Below, one piece after another: positions 52,547 to 62,428 of a stretch of 64,000 nucleotides of DNA. How positions within the stretch are numbered: position 1 is the first letter of the stretch; every line of letters begins with the position of its first letter. The stretch spans positions 41,991 through 105,990 of the forward strand of contig JBBRUX010000008.1 of the NCBI GenBank assembly GCA_038247415.1, given 5' to 3'. Made by a program: the position numbers and the translations under genes. The DNA comes from Chitinivibrionales bacterium (GTDB lineage: Bacteria > Fibrobacterota > Chitinivibrionia > Chitinivibrionales > WJKA01). The notes beneath the pieces were generated by a model. That model saw only the letters and a program-made list of their open reading frames with translations. It was not told the origin of the DNA and made no database searches.

Positions 52547-53491
52547 TTATGGATTACTTCCAGGTATTCTCATTACCAGTGCAGATGATACAGAACCATG
52601 GGAATCTATAATTCGACAGAGCAAAGGCCCTTGTGCGCGCGTAGTAAAGTTTTTGTAGGAAGGGATGTCGTCCGGGGTATTAGCCTCAAAGATGGTTGTG
52701 CCATCTGGAGTGAACAGAGAAATTTTCGCTACGCTACCCGAAACCAACCCTAAAAGCCTGAGTGTGCCCGATGCATTGAACACCAGACGCAGGGCGCTTG
52801 ATTTTGTGATATTGTAATGGTTTCTAACAGTACTTGACGAAGTAATAATTACTGTTGTTATTTCGCTAAAGTTATCTCCTGAAGTGCTATTATACTTGTT
52901 CATTCTCAATTGACAGCTTGCACCCTCAACAAGACCGGGATCAGATGCTTGATCAACAGCCCATTGAAACGAACTTTTTGGAGGATTTATGGGGGCACTG
53001 GCAAGAACCCATTTTTTCCCGTTGTCGAGAGAATATCTAAATTCGACTGCATAGGCAGGATTCATTTGCCACTGGATTGAGCATGGTTTTCCGATAGTAA
53101 CACGGTCGCCATTCTGGGGTGAAAGCAGCTTAAAGGGCGGGCTTTTAGTTACCGTGTAGACAACAGTGTCTGCATAACTTTTTGTCCCATAAAATGCGCG
53201 CAATTCAAAGGTGTACACACCGCTCGTATCGGGAAAAGAGATCAGTCTAATTGGTTCATAGCGAAAAAAAGTAAGGTTTATTGGCCCCGAAAGTTCTGTC
53301 CATAGCGAAGAATCCAACACATTGCCATTGTCAAGAATATCACCCATCAGATAAATTCCCGTGTTCTTGCTCATGATAGCCTGATCTGATCCAGCATCCA
53401 CAGATGGTGTTGCAGCTGTACTTCTGGATGCTACACCTGTTAGGCTGGCAAGCGCTGCTGCAATAAGGAGGATGTTTCGGCTTTTGTGCAT
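52547..53491 (-). CDS. Secreted protein: PKD/Ig-like domain + second Ig-like domain + C-terminal tail
   Basis: Signal peptide; PSVDAGSDQ..W..LSGP..GVYTFEL; LLSPQNG..IQW..YSLDNGKKW. Confidence 0.7.
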   Translation of the reverse strand: MHKSRNILLIAAALASLTGVASRSTAATPSVDAGSDQAIMSKNTGIYLMGDILDNGNVLDSSLWTELSGPINLTFFRYEPIRLISFPDTSGVYTFELRAFYGTKSYADTVVYTVTKSPPFKLLSPQNGDRVTIGKPCSIQWQMNPAYAVEFRYSLDNGKKWVLASAPINPPKSSFQWAVDQASDPGLVEGASCQLRMNKYNSTSGDNFSEITTVIITSSSTVRNHYNITKSSALRLVFNASGTLRLLGLVSGSVAKISLFTPDGTTIFEANTPDDIPSYKNFTTRAQGPLLCRIIDSHGSVSSALVMRIPGSNP

Positions 53492-53590
53492 AATGGTTTC
53501 TCGCTATGAAAATGATGTAGCTGCATGCGTACTGGTTGTTTGCAACAATGCCGAGTCAAAACCTCCTTGTCAACAGCAAAGCAATACATA

Positions 53591-54772
53591 TCAGGGACGC
53601 GTTGATGCCTGGAGTCGAATTGGGCTGCTGGAAATCGTGCTGAAATATATGCCAGCCCCGTTTACTGTGCGATCTGAAATTGTTCTCCCGTAAAGATCAT
53701 AGATTCTCCCTTTTTTGGCCGATATGCCAGTCGTGCTTGCTAGGGGCGTTGATGCAGGCTTAATGCCTGTTTGTATAGGGTACACATGCATACCAGAGAT
53801 TCCTTGTGTATTTGGTGCGTCGTCTATGAGGTATGTGTATTTAAGTGTGGCAAGGTTGATGATATAGGGTTGCCGTGACAATGGAAGTGATGCTACAGCA
53901 CTCGCTTCCTGATAGACCGATGCGAAGTCCTGATCGTTGCTCCCACGAAGCCCATTGTATTGGTTTGGATTGTCCTTGTCAACGTCTCCAGAAGTTCCCG
54001 GAGTAGGTATCCAGGGGAAACACGCTACATCACGAACAAGTGATCCGTCGGGGTTGGCAATAACGCAACCTGCATGAGGTTCAATCGTCCACATAACACG
54101 ATGCTGATTATCGCGTGAAATGGTACACCAGCAACCGCCTTCGCATATTTTCCCTGCAGTGCGGGGACATCCAAGATACTTAACAGCAGCGGAACCACCA
54201 ACCTGATAAATACCTATGGATCCAAAGCCCTGCCATATTGCTGCAATGTAAAGGCCATCGCCCGAAATAGAATAATATTCAGGATTTAATGAGCCAGAAT
54301 ATGCGGTCGTTATGTCGCTCGAATTATCCGCATCCACAAGATGCAAAGTTCTTGCACCGGTTTTTTTGCAGAGAATCATGTCTTTGCCGGCAGCATTTTT
54401 AAAACTGGAATAGCCTTCGTAACCACTGATCACTTTCCTCCAGACACCATCAGACCAATTGGCGATATACACGGAGGGGCTTTGCGTGTTCCAGAAAATA
54501 ACTCTGGTGCCATCAAGCGTAAAAGTGGGGTAGGTCATGAAGCTGCCCGCAGGAGGATTTTTCAGGAAATCAGAAATGGTGCCCTCAAGTGAGCTCACCT
54601 TTTTAAGCTTATTCGATGTCCCTTCCACCTGATCTTGAAAAACAATATAGGCTGCCTTTTGTGGCCCAAAAACAGTTGCAAGATCAGTTTTAAGCTGTGC
54701 AGGTGTTTTTGCATACATCATCGACACACAAAATATTAGCAGAAGGCCTACAGAAAGTTTGCTCGAGCGCAT
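53591..54772 (-). CDS. Secreted TolB-like beta-propeller protein, paralog A
   Basis: Signal ending MYA-KT; TLDGTRVIF and ISGDG blades; IYDLYGR tail. Confidence 0.65.
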   Translation of the reverse strand: MRSSKLSVGLLLIFCVSMMYAKTPAQLKTDLATVFGPQKAAYIVFQDQVEGTSNKLKKVSSLEGTISDFLKNPPAGSFMTYPTFTLDGTRVIFWNTQSPSVYIANWSDGVWRKVISGYEGYSSFKNAAGKDMILCKKTGARTLHLVDADNSSDITTAYSGSLNPEYYSISGDGLYIAAIWQGFGSIGIYQVGGSAAVKYLGCPRTAGKICEGGCWCTISRDNQHRVMWTIEPHAGCVIANPDGSLVRDVACFPWIPTPGTSGDVDKDNPNQYNGLRGSNDQDFASVYQEASAVASLPLSRQPYIINLATLKYTYLIDDAPNTQGISGMHVYPIQTGIKPASTPLASTTGISAKKGRIYDLYGRTISDRTVNGAGIYFSTISSSPIRLQASTRP

Positions 54773-54925
54773 GTGATACTCCTTTTATGAGTGATATTCC
54801 CTCAAAAATTTTAAGGCTGCCTTATGTAATAATTTAGCGATACGGGCAGCAAAATTGGTTTCAAGTTAGTATATAAATGATGGTGAAATTATACCAATTA
54901 TAATCGATTGCAACCAAAGTTGCGG

Positions 54926-57529
54926 TCAATGCCCCAAAGAGTTAAGCTGTTCAATCAGTTTTCTGGATTCTTCCCATCCTGCGCAAAGAGTGGTCCGTAG
55001 GGTTCTGTCGTCCAGAAGTGTAACAACCACATAGGGACTTTGGGCGAATTTGTTTTTAGCAGGCTGGTTTCGATGTTGCATAGCGCGAGAATTTCCTACA
55101 GTAGTTTGGTTGACAAGCCTGCCCCTTACGTCATAGACCGAGATTTTGCTGATGCTCGAAGTAACACGCCCCGATGCGATACGTGGTAGGGCGACAATGC
55201 TTCCTGTGGCCATGCTACTGTTCACGTCAAGTTCTGAGCAGGCTATAAACTTGTTCCGCGGCTTGCCAATTATGCGGATGCCGTCTCCGCTAACTCGGGA
55301 AAATGAGAACTTGTACGAGGTGAACGGCTTGACGGTCGCACTTGAGTAGCTCGGAGTTATGGTAACATTGGCGACATCATTCCATTGCCCGTTGTTGCGC
55401 ACCTGAACCCGTACAGTCTCAAACGGGCCTCCGACATCGTTGATCACGCCAAAGGTGTAAGTAGCATCCGAAAATGATTGGATTTGAGTAAACGTGTAGC
55501 CGAAGTAGTCGCTTGGGTGGATAGTGTTGTCGAATGTATCAAATCCCTCGCCAAAGCTTGAAATTGCAGGATCAGGATATTGGTCATCACGGATTAGATT
55601 GAGCTTTCTCGAACCAGCCCCGGTGGGATTGGGCACACTTACAATAGGGGTACCAAGGAATTTGAGCGGGAACTGGGCAAAGGTTATGCCCGTTGGAAAC
55701 ACGGTACGATACCGGACATTGTTTGTCCCTGCATCGCTAAAAGGTGTGAAGGTCACGGTTGACTGAATGCCACCAACATCTACAACACCGGTATATCGCA
55801 GACGGCCGTTGGCATTAGTCGTTGGAGAAAGAGATAGCGTATCGGGTAGTATCACAAGATCCAGATCGAGTGTCGGATTGTCGCGAGAATCCAGCGCCAA
55901 CACTTCGGCTCCGCGAACGATGCAACCGTTCTTGTCGGCCCGTGCCGCAGACTGAGAGTAGTCGTGGAAGATCTTGCGCGTTACCGGTATGTTAAACTTT
56001 ACATCTGCATAGTCTCCATTATTCCAGGACCTTTGAATTATCGCATACTGCCCGGCAGTTACACCGGTGATTGACGCGCCGCCATTGATGGACACCGTCG
56101 GATTCCGTGCCCAGGTGGGGATTCTGATCTTCATAGTGAAGGAGACGGGAGCTGTAGATGTGACGATTATTTTCGAATTCCCCTGCGCGGGAAATTCCGT
56201 AGTTTGTGCGAGGCTAAAATCGGTGCCGTTTATCGACGCTGAAAAGGTACTCTGCTCAAGGAAATCAACGCGAATACCACTGTTGTCGTATGCGTAGATT
56301 AGTTGTGGAAGCATTGCCATGACGCGAGGCCCCGACCAGTAACAGCAACTGGTGGGCCCAGGCAATGATTTGTCGGAGCGCATTGGGGTGTAGTATTGAA
56401 ATTTGGTGCCGTCTTCATTTTGTTCGCAAAGCAGAATGTTGTACAACGTCTTCTCGAGTGCATGCACATACCGGATGTCGCCTGTTGCCCGATAGAGCCT
56501 TTTGTTAAGAATTATCCACTCCATGGTGGCGCATGTTTCCATCTGGTTGACATTTTCTGAGTTGTTGGGGGAGGTCGGGCTCAGTATTTCGTTGCACCCG
56601 AAGCCGCCAACAGGATATTGGTGACGATCCACCATGTCATTCCATGCGCCCAGCATCCAGGTAAATTCGGACTGAATTTGTGTGATGGTGGAAAGTTTTG
56701 CCGCCCCGCCCCAGGTGCTTTGAAGTGGATAGCAATGCATAACGCGGGCCTTGCCTGTTGAACGCATCTCGACAAGTATTGGCGAATAGGTCAGGCCTGC
56801 CTTGACGAAATTAAGAATAGTGGTGTCTCCGACATATTCGTAAACGGTTAGCAAGTCTCCAAGTACACCCGTATGCAAACCACCTGCCTGGTCGTCGTTA
56901 TCGGTAAAGAAAGGCGAGGTGCTGCTGGTAATCGGGGACCAGGTTTTTATAATGTTTTTGGCTGCGCGCCAAGCGGCGTTGAGACACGATGTATCCCCAA
57001 ATTGCTCGTAATACCCAACCATCGCGTAAATGGAACACCACTGATTCCAAATATCCCATCGTCCGCCTTTGATCGTGTTGCAGCCGAAGTAACCATCGGG
57101 GTCTTGGTAACTTTTAAATTGATTTACAAAGGAGTTGAGTCGGGTTTTTAGAGCATCGTTATTTGTGTTTGAAACGATCATGGATGCAGCATCGACCCAC
57201 TTTCCGGCATACTCGCCGTTCCAGTTATCATCGCAGTTATTTACCCGGTAGGGGTCCATCATCATTGCCAGACTGTTGTCATATAGACTAACAACATGGT
57301 TAATGTTTCTCTCATAGCGCACGCCCAATCTGCCCTGCATATGTACTTTAGACATCGGTGGACAGCGGACAATGGCATTAGCGTTTGGGGCATCGGCGTT
57401 AGTCAACTGCGGAAACAGGAATACTGCAAGGAGCACGATGAGAGCGCGATAAGCAATGCTTCTTCCGCCTGATTTTCTACCACGCGTTTCCAAACATGGA
57501 TCCGTTGGTCGTGATGGTAGTACTTTCAT
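54926..57529 (-). CDS. Secreted GH127/GH146-like glycoside hydrolase with C-terminal beta domain and tail
   Basis: GEYAGKW, QDPDGY, ETCAT, LYN, SCC, RIPTW, RSWNNGD; VYDVRGR tail. Confidence 0.88.
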   Translation of the reverse strand: MKVLPSRPTDPCLETRGRKSGGRSIAYRALIVLLAVFLFPQLTNADAPNANAIVRCPPMSKVHMQGRLGVRYERNINHVVSLYDNSLAMMMDPYRVNNCDDNWNGEYAGKWVDAASMIVSNTNNDALKTRLNSFVNQFKSYQDPDGYFGCNTIKGGRWDIWNQWCSIYAMVGYYEQFGDTSCLNAAWRAAKNIIKTWSPITSSTSPFFTDNDDQAGGLHTGVLGDLLTVYEYVGDTTILNFVKAGLTYSPILVEMRSTGKARVMHCYPLQSTWGGAAKLSTITQIQSEFTWMLGAWNDMVDRHQYPVGGFGCNEILSPTSPNNSENVNQMETCATMEWIILNKRLYRATGDIRYVHALEKTLYNILLCEQNEDGTKFQYYTPMRSDKSLPGPTSCCYWSGPRVMAMLPQLIYAYDNSGIRVDFLEQSTFSASINGTDFSLAQTTEFPAQGNSKIIVTSTAPVSFTMKIRIPTWARNPTVSINGGASITGVTAGQYAIIQRSWNNGDYADVKFNIPVTRKIFHDYSQSAARADKNGCIVRGAEVLALDSRDNPTLDLDLVILPDTLSLSPTTNANGRLRYTGVVDVGGIQSTVTFTPFSDAGTNNVRYRTVFPTGITFAQFPLKFLGTPIVSVPNPTGAGSRKLNLIRDDQYPDPAISSFGEGFDTFDNTIHPSDYFGYTFTQIQSFSDATYTFGVINDVGGPFETVRVQVRNNGQWNDVANVTITPSYSSATVKPFTSYKFSFSRVSGDGIRIIGKPRNKFIACSELDVNSSMATGSIVALPRIASGRVTSSISKISVYDVRGRLVNQTTVGNSRAMQHRNQPAKNKFAQSPYVVVTLLDDRTLRTTLCAGWEESRKLIEQLNSLGH

Positions 57530-57784
57530 TGTGCGCCTCCTTATTTTTGGTGCAAGAATTTATTAACAATGTATAGTGTATATATGAGGTTAGATTGCAT
57601 TATCTGCAATGTATTGGAATTGATATTATTTCTGTTATGCTGATTTTGCGGTAAATACAGTTGATTAAAAATTAATACTATAATGCCAAATGCATTTAAT
57701 AATCAAAACTGGAAATTCTTTCATGGGAATTGTGCTACATTTTAATTATAATGCAACCAAATTCATGATAACAGAGGAGGTTTT

Positions 57785-58999
57785 ATGTACTTTAGAAAAT
57801 TCCCAAGGGTTTTAGCAGTATTCTGCTTTGTATTGGTAACGGCAGTTCCCGATATGGCTAAAACTCCTGCGCAACTTAAAGCAGACCTGTCCACAATTCT
57901 GCCTCAAGGGCAAAAAGCACGGATGGTGTGGCAACAAGGGGGAACATGGACCAAGCCAGGCTATCTTGATCTCTATGTGGTTGATAGCGACAGCGGTGTT
58001 ATCCGTAAACTTAATACAACCGCTATCGATGCTCAGAATCCCCATCTCACTGCCGACGGCTCGCGTGTTATTTTTGGTGATCAGCTCAGCGGGCGCATTT
58101 ACATTATTAATTGGGATGGTACCAATCTCAGGATTATCAGTAATAGCGGACGGTATCTAGAATACTGGCAAAATCCTGCAGACAAATCGGATTGGGCAGT
58201 TTATTGTGGGCAATACGGGAATCCAGTAAGCCGGATTAATGTTGATACTAAAGTAATCGTTCAGCTCTACAACGGATCTATGGGGGCTTCGGGTTCCCCA
58301 ATCATGGGGATTTCGCAAGATGGGACGCATCTCTCGGCCTATTTCGAACAGAGAGGCGGGGGATGGGATCCGGGTGTTGTTCTTACCTCGGGATCGGCTT
58401 TGCCGGTCTTTTCTGTTAAAAAGGGCGGCTGTGGAATGGGGATGACACCCGATAATACGTACGACTATTTTGTCCACTGGTCAAGGCTTGGCAATGGGCA
58501 TCACGGTATTCAATTTTACAATAAAACATCGGCCAAAGACACCTTCACCATTGACGACGGGATATTAGCCTGGGCCAGAGCGAACAACATGGACAACGGT
58601 TGCGGACAGAACCAGGAGTTTCAGAATGCAAAAATGACCAATAACCGCAACTTTGTTACTTTTGGCATGTTTTTCTGCAAAGCAAATCCGTTTATTGTCC
58701 GGCTTTCCGACCGCAAATGGGTAAGTATCGACGATCAGCTCGGGTGCAATTATGTACATGGATTGGATGTATGCTTTTTCCAACCGCCATCTTCAGGTAC
58801 GATAAGTAAACCTTCGGCATTGCAAGGACTCAAAGGACAATCGAGGGCGGACGCGCAGGTATATGGCATTGATGGTCGGCGGAGTGGTGTTGCCTCGCGA
58901 ATGTCAAAGACAAGTACCTCATACGAAATTATGTTGGTTGGTCACGGAAGCGAAAAGCAGGTGTATCCCACAGTAGTACTCTCTAGAAACACAAGGTAA
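57785..58999 (+). CDS. Secreted TolB-like beta-propeller protein, paralog B
   Basis: AKTPAQLKADL, TADGSRVIF, NWDG, ISQDG, PFIVRLSD; VYGIDGR tail. Confidence 0.65.
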   Translation: MYFRKFPRVLAVFCFVLVTAVPDMAKTPAQLKADLSTILPQGQKARMVWQQGGTWTKPGYLDLYVVDSDSGVIRKLNTTAIDAQNPHLTADGSRVIFGDQLSGRIYIINWDGTNLRIISNSGRYLEYWQNPADKSDWAVYCGQYGNPVSRINVDTKVIVQLYNGSMGASGSPIMGISQDGTHLSAYFEQRGGGWDPGVVLTSGSALPVFSVKKGGCGMGMTPDNTYDYFVHWSRLGNGHHGIQFYNKTSAKDTFTIDDGILAWARANNMDNGCGQNQEFQNAKMTNNRNFVTFGMFFCKANPFIVRLSDRKWVSIDDQLGCNYVHGLDVCFFQPPSSGTISKPSALQGLKGQSRADAQVYGIDGRRSGVASRMSKTSTSYEIMLVGHGSEKQVYPTVVLSRNTR

Positions 59000-59019
59000 T
59001 GAATACAATACTCAGGCCT

Positions 59020-60579
59020 TTATGGCTTGGCTGCCGGGTTTACGGCCCGGCATGTGCTCCCGCGTAGTGCAATGGAACCCTCGATGTCAATAATTTTTTG
59101 TGACGCAGAATAAAGCGCATTTCGCCTCTGCAATAGATGGCTCAAAGCAGCATCCGCGACAGCCGGGAAGTTGAAGTTATAGCTGGTTATATTTCCTGTC
59201 CGGGCTTCCATCGAATCATCGAAGCTGATGATTGAAATGCAACCGGGTACCTCGATCTTTTTATCGGTGCAGAAATCCATCGCAAATCCGGCAATCAGGT
59301 CACTTGCTGCAATCCACACGCGAATGCCGGGAGTCTTAAGTGCTTCCTCAAAAAGCGGTTCCATACGCATGCGAATCTGTGCATGGGCGCTTTCTACAGA
59401 AAATAATCGGTGCATTATCGGCTCAAACTGTCGGATATAGGCTACAGGAACTTTCTGTACCCAGCTTTTATAGCGCTCTGCTAACATCGTAACCTCTGAT
59501 CCTCGTTCTGCCATGTCAAGATAGTATGCTGGCAAATTGTCAATCGTCTGCGCAGTAACTGCCGTGCTGTGGCCAGCTTCCTCAAAACTTGCAGCAATCC
59601 CCGCAAGCCGTGTTATTGACCAATGCGCAGCATGGAAGGGCGAAAAGTAGGCAGCATGGTGATGATGGAGCGATAGCAGGTATCGTGCAACTGTTTTTGC
59701 TGGATGCCCCGATTGTCCAACTCTAAAAAAGCGTATATGCCGTTTCGCAATAAGCGTCGACGAATATTCCCATTCGCCGGAATCATCGAAAATTGCAATG
59801 GGCACTGTAGCAAAAGCGAGTTCCTGCGCAATGATCTCCTGTTCCCCCCAATACGATTGTGGAGCGTAGAGAAAACCGAGTGTATCGGTTTGATCGCGCA
59901 ATAGCACGATCTTACCCGTTGTGCGGCTTGTAAATTGTGGCATCCCATTTTCCATATGGTAGCTGATGATTTCCAAGCCTATATTGGCCACGCGGCACGC
60001 ATCCTCGAAACGGCTCAAAAACTCCAGGAACAGCACACCTGAATAGTGGTGCGCCAATGTTTCTGCTCGGGTGATAAGGACAACATGGCTTCCAGACGAC
60101 TTTTTGGACTCAAGCGGCATTGCGCGATATCCGGTGGTGCTAGATTGCACAATACCCTCTTGCATAAGGCACAACAGGGCCTTGTGCAAGGTTGGATACG
60201 AAACCTCGTAACGATTTTGCAGTTCCTTTACAGAAGGCATAGATTGCCCGGGACGATAAACCCCCGAAAGAAGATCACGCTTCATAGTTGCGCACAGGTG
60301 CTTCCATTTAAGCTTGGGCTGGGGAAACGCGTTCGTGTGCAATGGCTGCGGTAAACTATCGGTACCCACATTGATCGTAAGAGGTGTTCCCCGTTTCCCG
60401 GAGAGAATGTTTTCCTGCTTGAGAACCTGCAGCGCTTTCCACATAGTGACAAGTGAGATTCCTTCCGATGCAGCAAGCGATTTTACTGAAGGGAGAATCC
60501 CCGCGGGAGCAAAATCTCCTGCGGCTATGCGTGAGCGAAGCCGTTGAATTGCTTTTTGAAGTGTTGGTGATGCTGTCAT
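59020..60579 (-). CDS. Transcriptional regulator: two GntR wHTH domains + LacI-type ligand-binding domain
   Basis: LPSVKSLA..ISLVTMWKAL; MPSVKEL..VSYPTLHKAL; SIISFDD, RGST. Confidence 0.9.
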   Translation of the reverse strand: MTASPTLQKAIQRLRSRIAAGDFAPAGILPSVKSLAASEGISLVTMWKALQVLKQENILSGKRGTPLTINVGTDSLPQPLHTNAFPQPKLKWKHLCATMKRDLLSGVYRPGQSMPSVKELQNRYEVSYPTLHKALLCLMQEGIVQSSTTGYRAMPLESKKSSGSHVVLITRAETLAHHYSGVLFLEFLSRFEDACRVANIGLEIISYHMENGMPQFTSRTTGKIVLLRDQTDTLGFLYAPQSYWGEQEIIAQELAFATVPIAIFDDSGEWEYSSTLIAKRHIRFFRVGQSGHPAKTVARYLLSLHHHHAAYFSPFHAAHWSITRLAGIAASFEEAGHSTAVTAQTIDNLPAYYLDMAERGSEVTMLAERYKSWVQKVPVAYIRQFEPIMHRLFSVESAHAQIRMRMEPLFEEALKTPGIRVWIAASDLIAGFAMDFCTDKKIEVPGCISIISFDDSMEARTGNITSYNFNFPAVADAALSHLLQRRNALYSASQKIIDIEGSIALRGSTCRAVNPAAKP

Positions 60580-60714
60580 GTGTTTCCCTTAGGAATGTGG
60601 CGTTTGCACTTTAATTAATATAATACCAAATAGACTAAATTATTTCAACTGGTCACAAAAAAATGTTTCAGTTGATACATTATTCCTATGCGAATCACTA
60701 TGAGGAGGCGCATC

Positions 60715-60894
60715 ATGAAAAACAAAGAAGAAATGCTCATTATGGCAGCAATCTTAAAGCATGGGTGTATTCTTCCCTGTGGCGGCCGCTTAGAGCTTAA
60801 AGAATGTTTTATCAGAGTTTTGGATCGACTAATTTTCTGGTATACTACCCAAGATGGAAGCACACATATCGAGCAGATGAGTGTTTTTGAGTAA
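60715..60894 (+). CDS. Small hypothetical protein
   Basis: GAGGAGG RBS before ATG 60715; 59 aa with PCG..ECF..FWY..DGSTH. Confidence 0.55.
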   Translation: MKNKEEMLIMAAILKHGCILPCGGRLELKECFIRVLDRLIFWYTTQDGSTHIEQMSVFE

Positions 60895-61036
60895 GCGCAG
60901 TGGTTATTTGCAGGTTCAATATAACAAATATAATTTCAATTTATTTAAATGGTGCTCATAGCAAAGCACTATAGGTAAACATTCGCAGATTTATTGTCAG
61001 GACAGCCATGATTCTTACTTCATACAAGGAGCACCA

Positions 61037-62344
61037 ATGGGATACCCCGAAACAGCCAATCTACCAAAAATAATCGACCAAATATCGCTTTATACTCAAC
61101 TGCAGCATGAGTATGGTGCTTTGGACATTGCTCCGCTTATTGCGCAAGCTGAAAAATCACTCAATGAAATTCTGCTTAAAATCCAAGCAATTCCTGTTGA
61201 TGCACAATTAGCCGCAGATGAGCCCAATGATCTTGTTGCTATTAAGGCATTGCGTCCAGATGGACCCCGGCGAATCTGGAAATCGCTTGATCAAAAAACA
61301 TTTCGAGACCGACTTACCGGAGCATTGTTGGCACGCTTTGCAGGATGCACCCTTGGGGCGCCTGTTGAAGTATGGTCTATGGATCGCATGGAAAAGCTCG
61401 CTCGTGAAAACGGGGAGGCATTCCCTCCAGTCAATTATTGGAATCACGTCCATGATCCCTACGATACCCGCTATGAAGTGCCGCGTGTAGACTACACACT
61501 TCCCGTTATGACAAAGGGTGTCCCGATTGATGATGATATCGTATACACCCTTGTTGGGCTTTTAACAGCCGAAGATTTCGGTCACACTTTTTCTATTGAC
61601 GATAATGGAAAATCGTGGCTTAAATATCTACCCATGGCCTGCACTGCAGAGGATATGGCACTTCAAAACCTAAAAAAGGGAATTACGGGTACCACATCAG
61701 CCGAAACAAATAATCCTTTTTGTCAGTGGATTGGCGCGGACATCCGATCCGATCCGTGGGGCTACATCGCAGCGGGCAATCCGGAATATGCGGCTGATAT
61801 GGCCTATCGTGATGCATATGTGAGCCACCGTCGCAATGGTATTTATGGAGAAATGTTCTTTTCTGCAGCAATTGCGGCTGCCTTTACCGTAGATCACCCC
61901 ATTAAGGCCATAGAAATAGGGCTCACCGAAATCCCTAAAAATTGCTCATTGGCACTTGCTATTCGCTGGGCTCTTGACATTATGCCAAAAATAAAGAGTT
62001 ATCGTCAAGCGCGCGAGGCGGTGGATGAACATTTTGCTGGAATGCATTGCATTCAGACAATTAACAATGCCTGCCTTACGGTTTTTGGGCTCTCAATTGG
62101 CGGAACGGATGTTACAAAAGTAATAGGCGAAACCGTTGCAATGGGTTTGGATAACGATTGTACTGCTGCAACAGCCGGCAGCATTGTTGGGGCAGTTGTA
62201 GGAAAAAGCGGTGTTCCAAAACAGTGGTATGAACCCTTTAAAAACTCTGTTTTTACGTATCTCATAGGGCATCCAGAATTTGCTATTGATGATATTATCG
62301 AGCGGTTTGTTCGGCAGGCCCAGAAAGCTGCAACTGAAGTTTAA
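61037..62344 (+). CDS. ADP-ribosylglycohydrolase family protein
   Basis: GCTLGAPVE, DDDIVY, TAE, GADIR, SH..NG, GLDNDC..ATAG. Confidence 0.9.
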   Translation: MGYPETANLPKIIDQISLYTQLQHEYGALDIAPLIAQAEKSLNEILLKIQAIPVDAQLAADEPNDLVAIKALRPDGPRRIWKSLDQKTFRDRLTGALLARFAGCTLGAPVEVWSMDRMEKLARENGEAFPPVNYWNHVHDPYDTRYEVPRVDYTLPVMTKGVPIDDDIVYTLVGLLTAEDFGHTFSIDDNGKSWLKYLPMACTAEDMALQNLKKGITGTTSAETNNPFCQWIGADIRSDPWGYIAAGNPEYAADMAYRDAYVSHRRNGIYGEMFFSAAIAAAFTVDHPIKAIEIGLTEIPKNCSLALAIRWALDIMPKIKSYRQAREAVDEHFAGMHCIQTINNACLTVFGLSIGGTDVTKVIGETVAMGLDNDCTAATAGSIVGAVVGKSGVPKQWYEPFKNSVFTYLIGHPEFAIDDIIERFVRQAQKAATEV

Positions 62345-62428
62345 CCTGTGTCATCGATTAAAAAGCTGCACGGTATGTGGACTTTACTAACTCATAAACA
62401 GTAAACTTTTTTCTTACAGGAGGATCTC

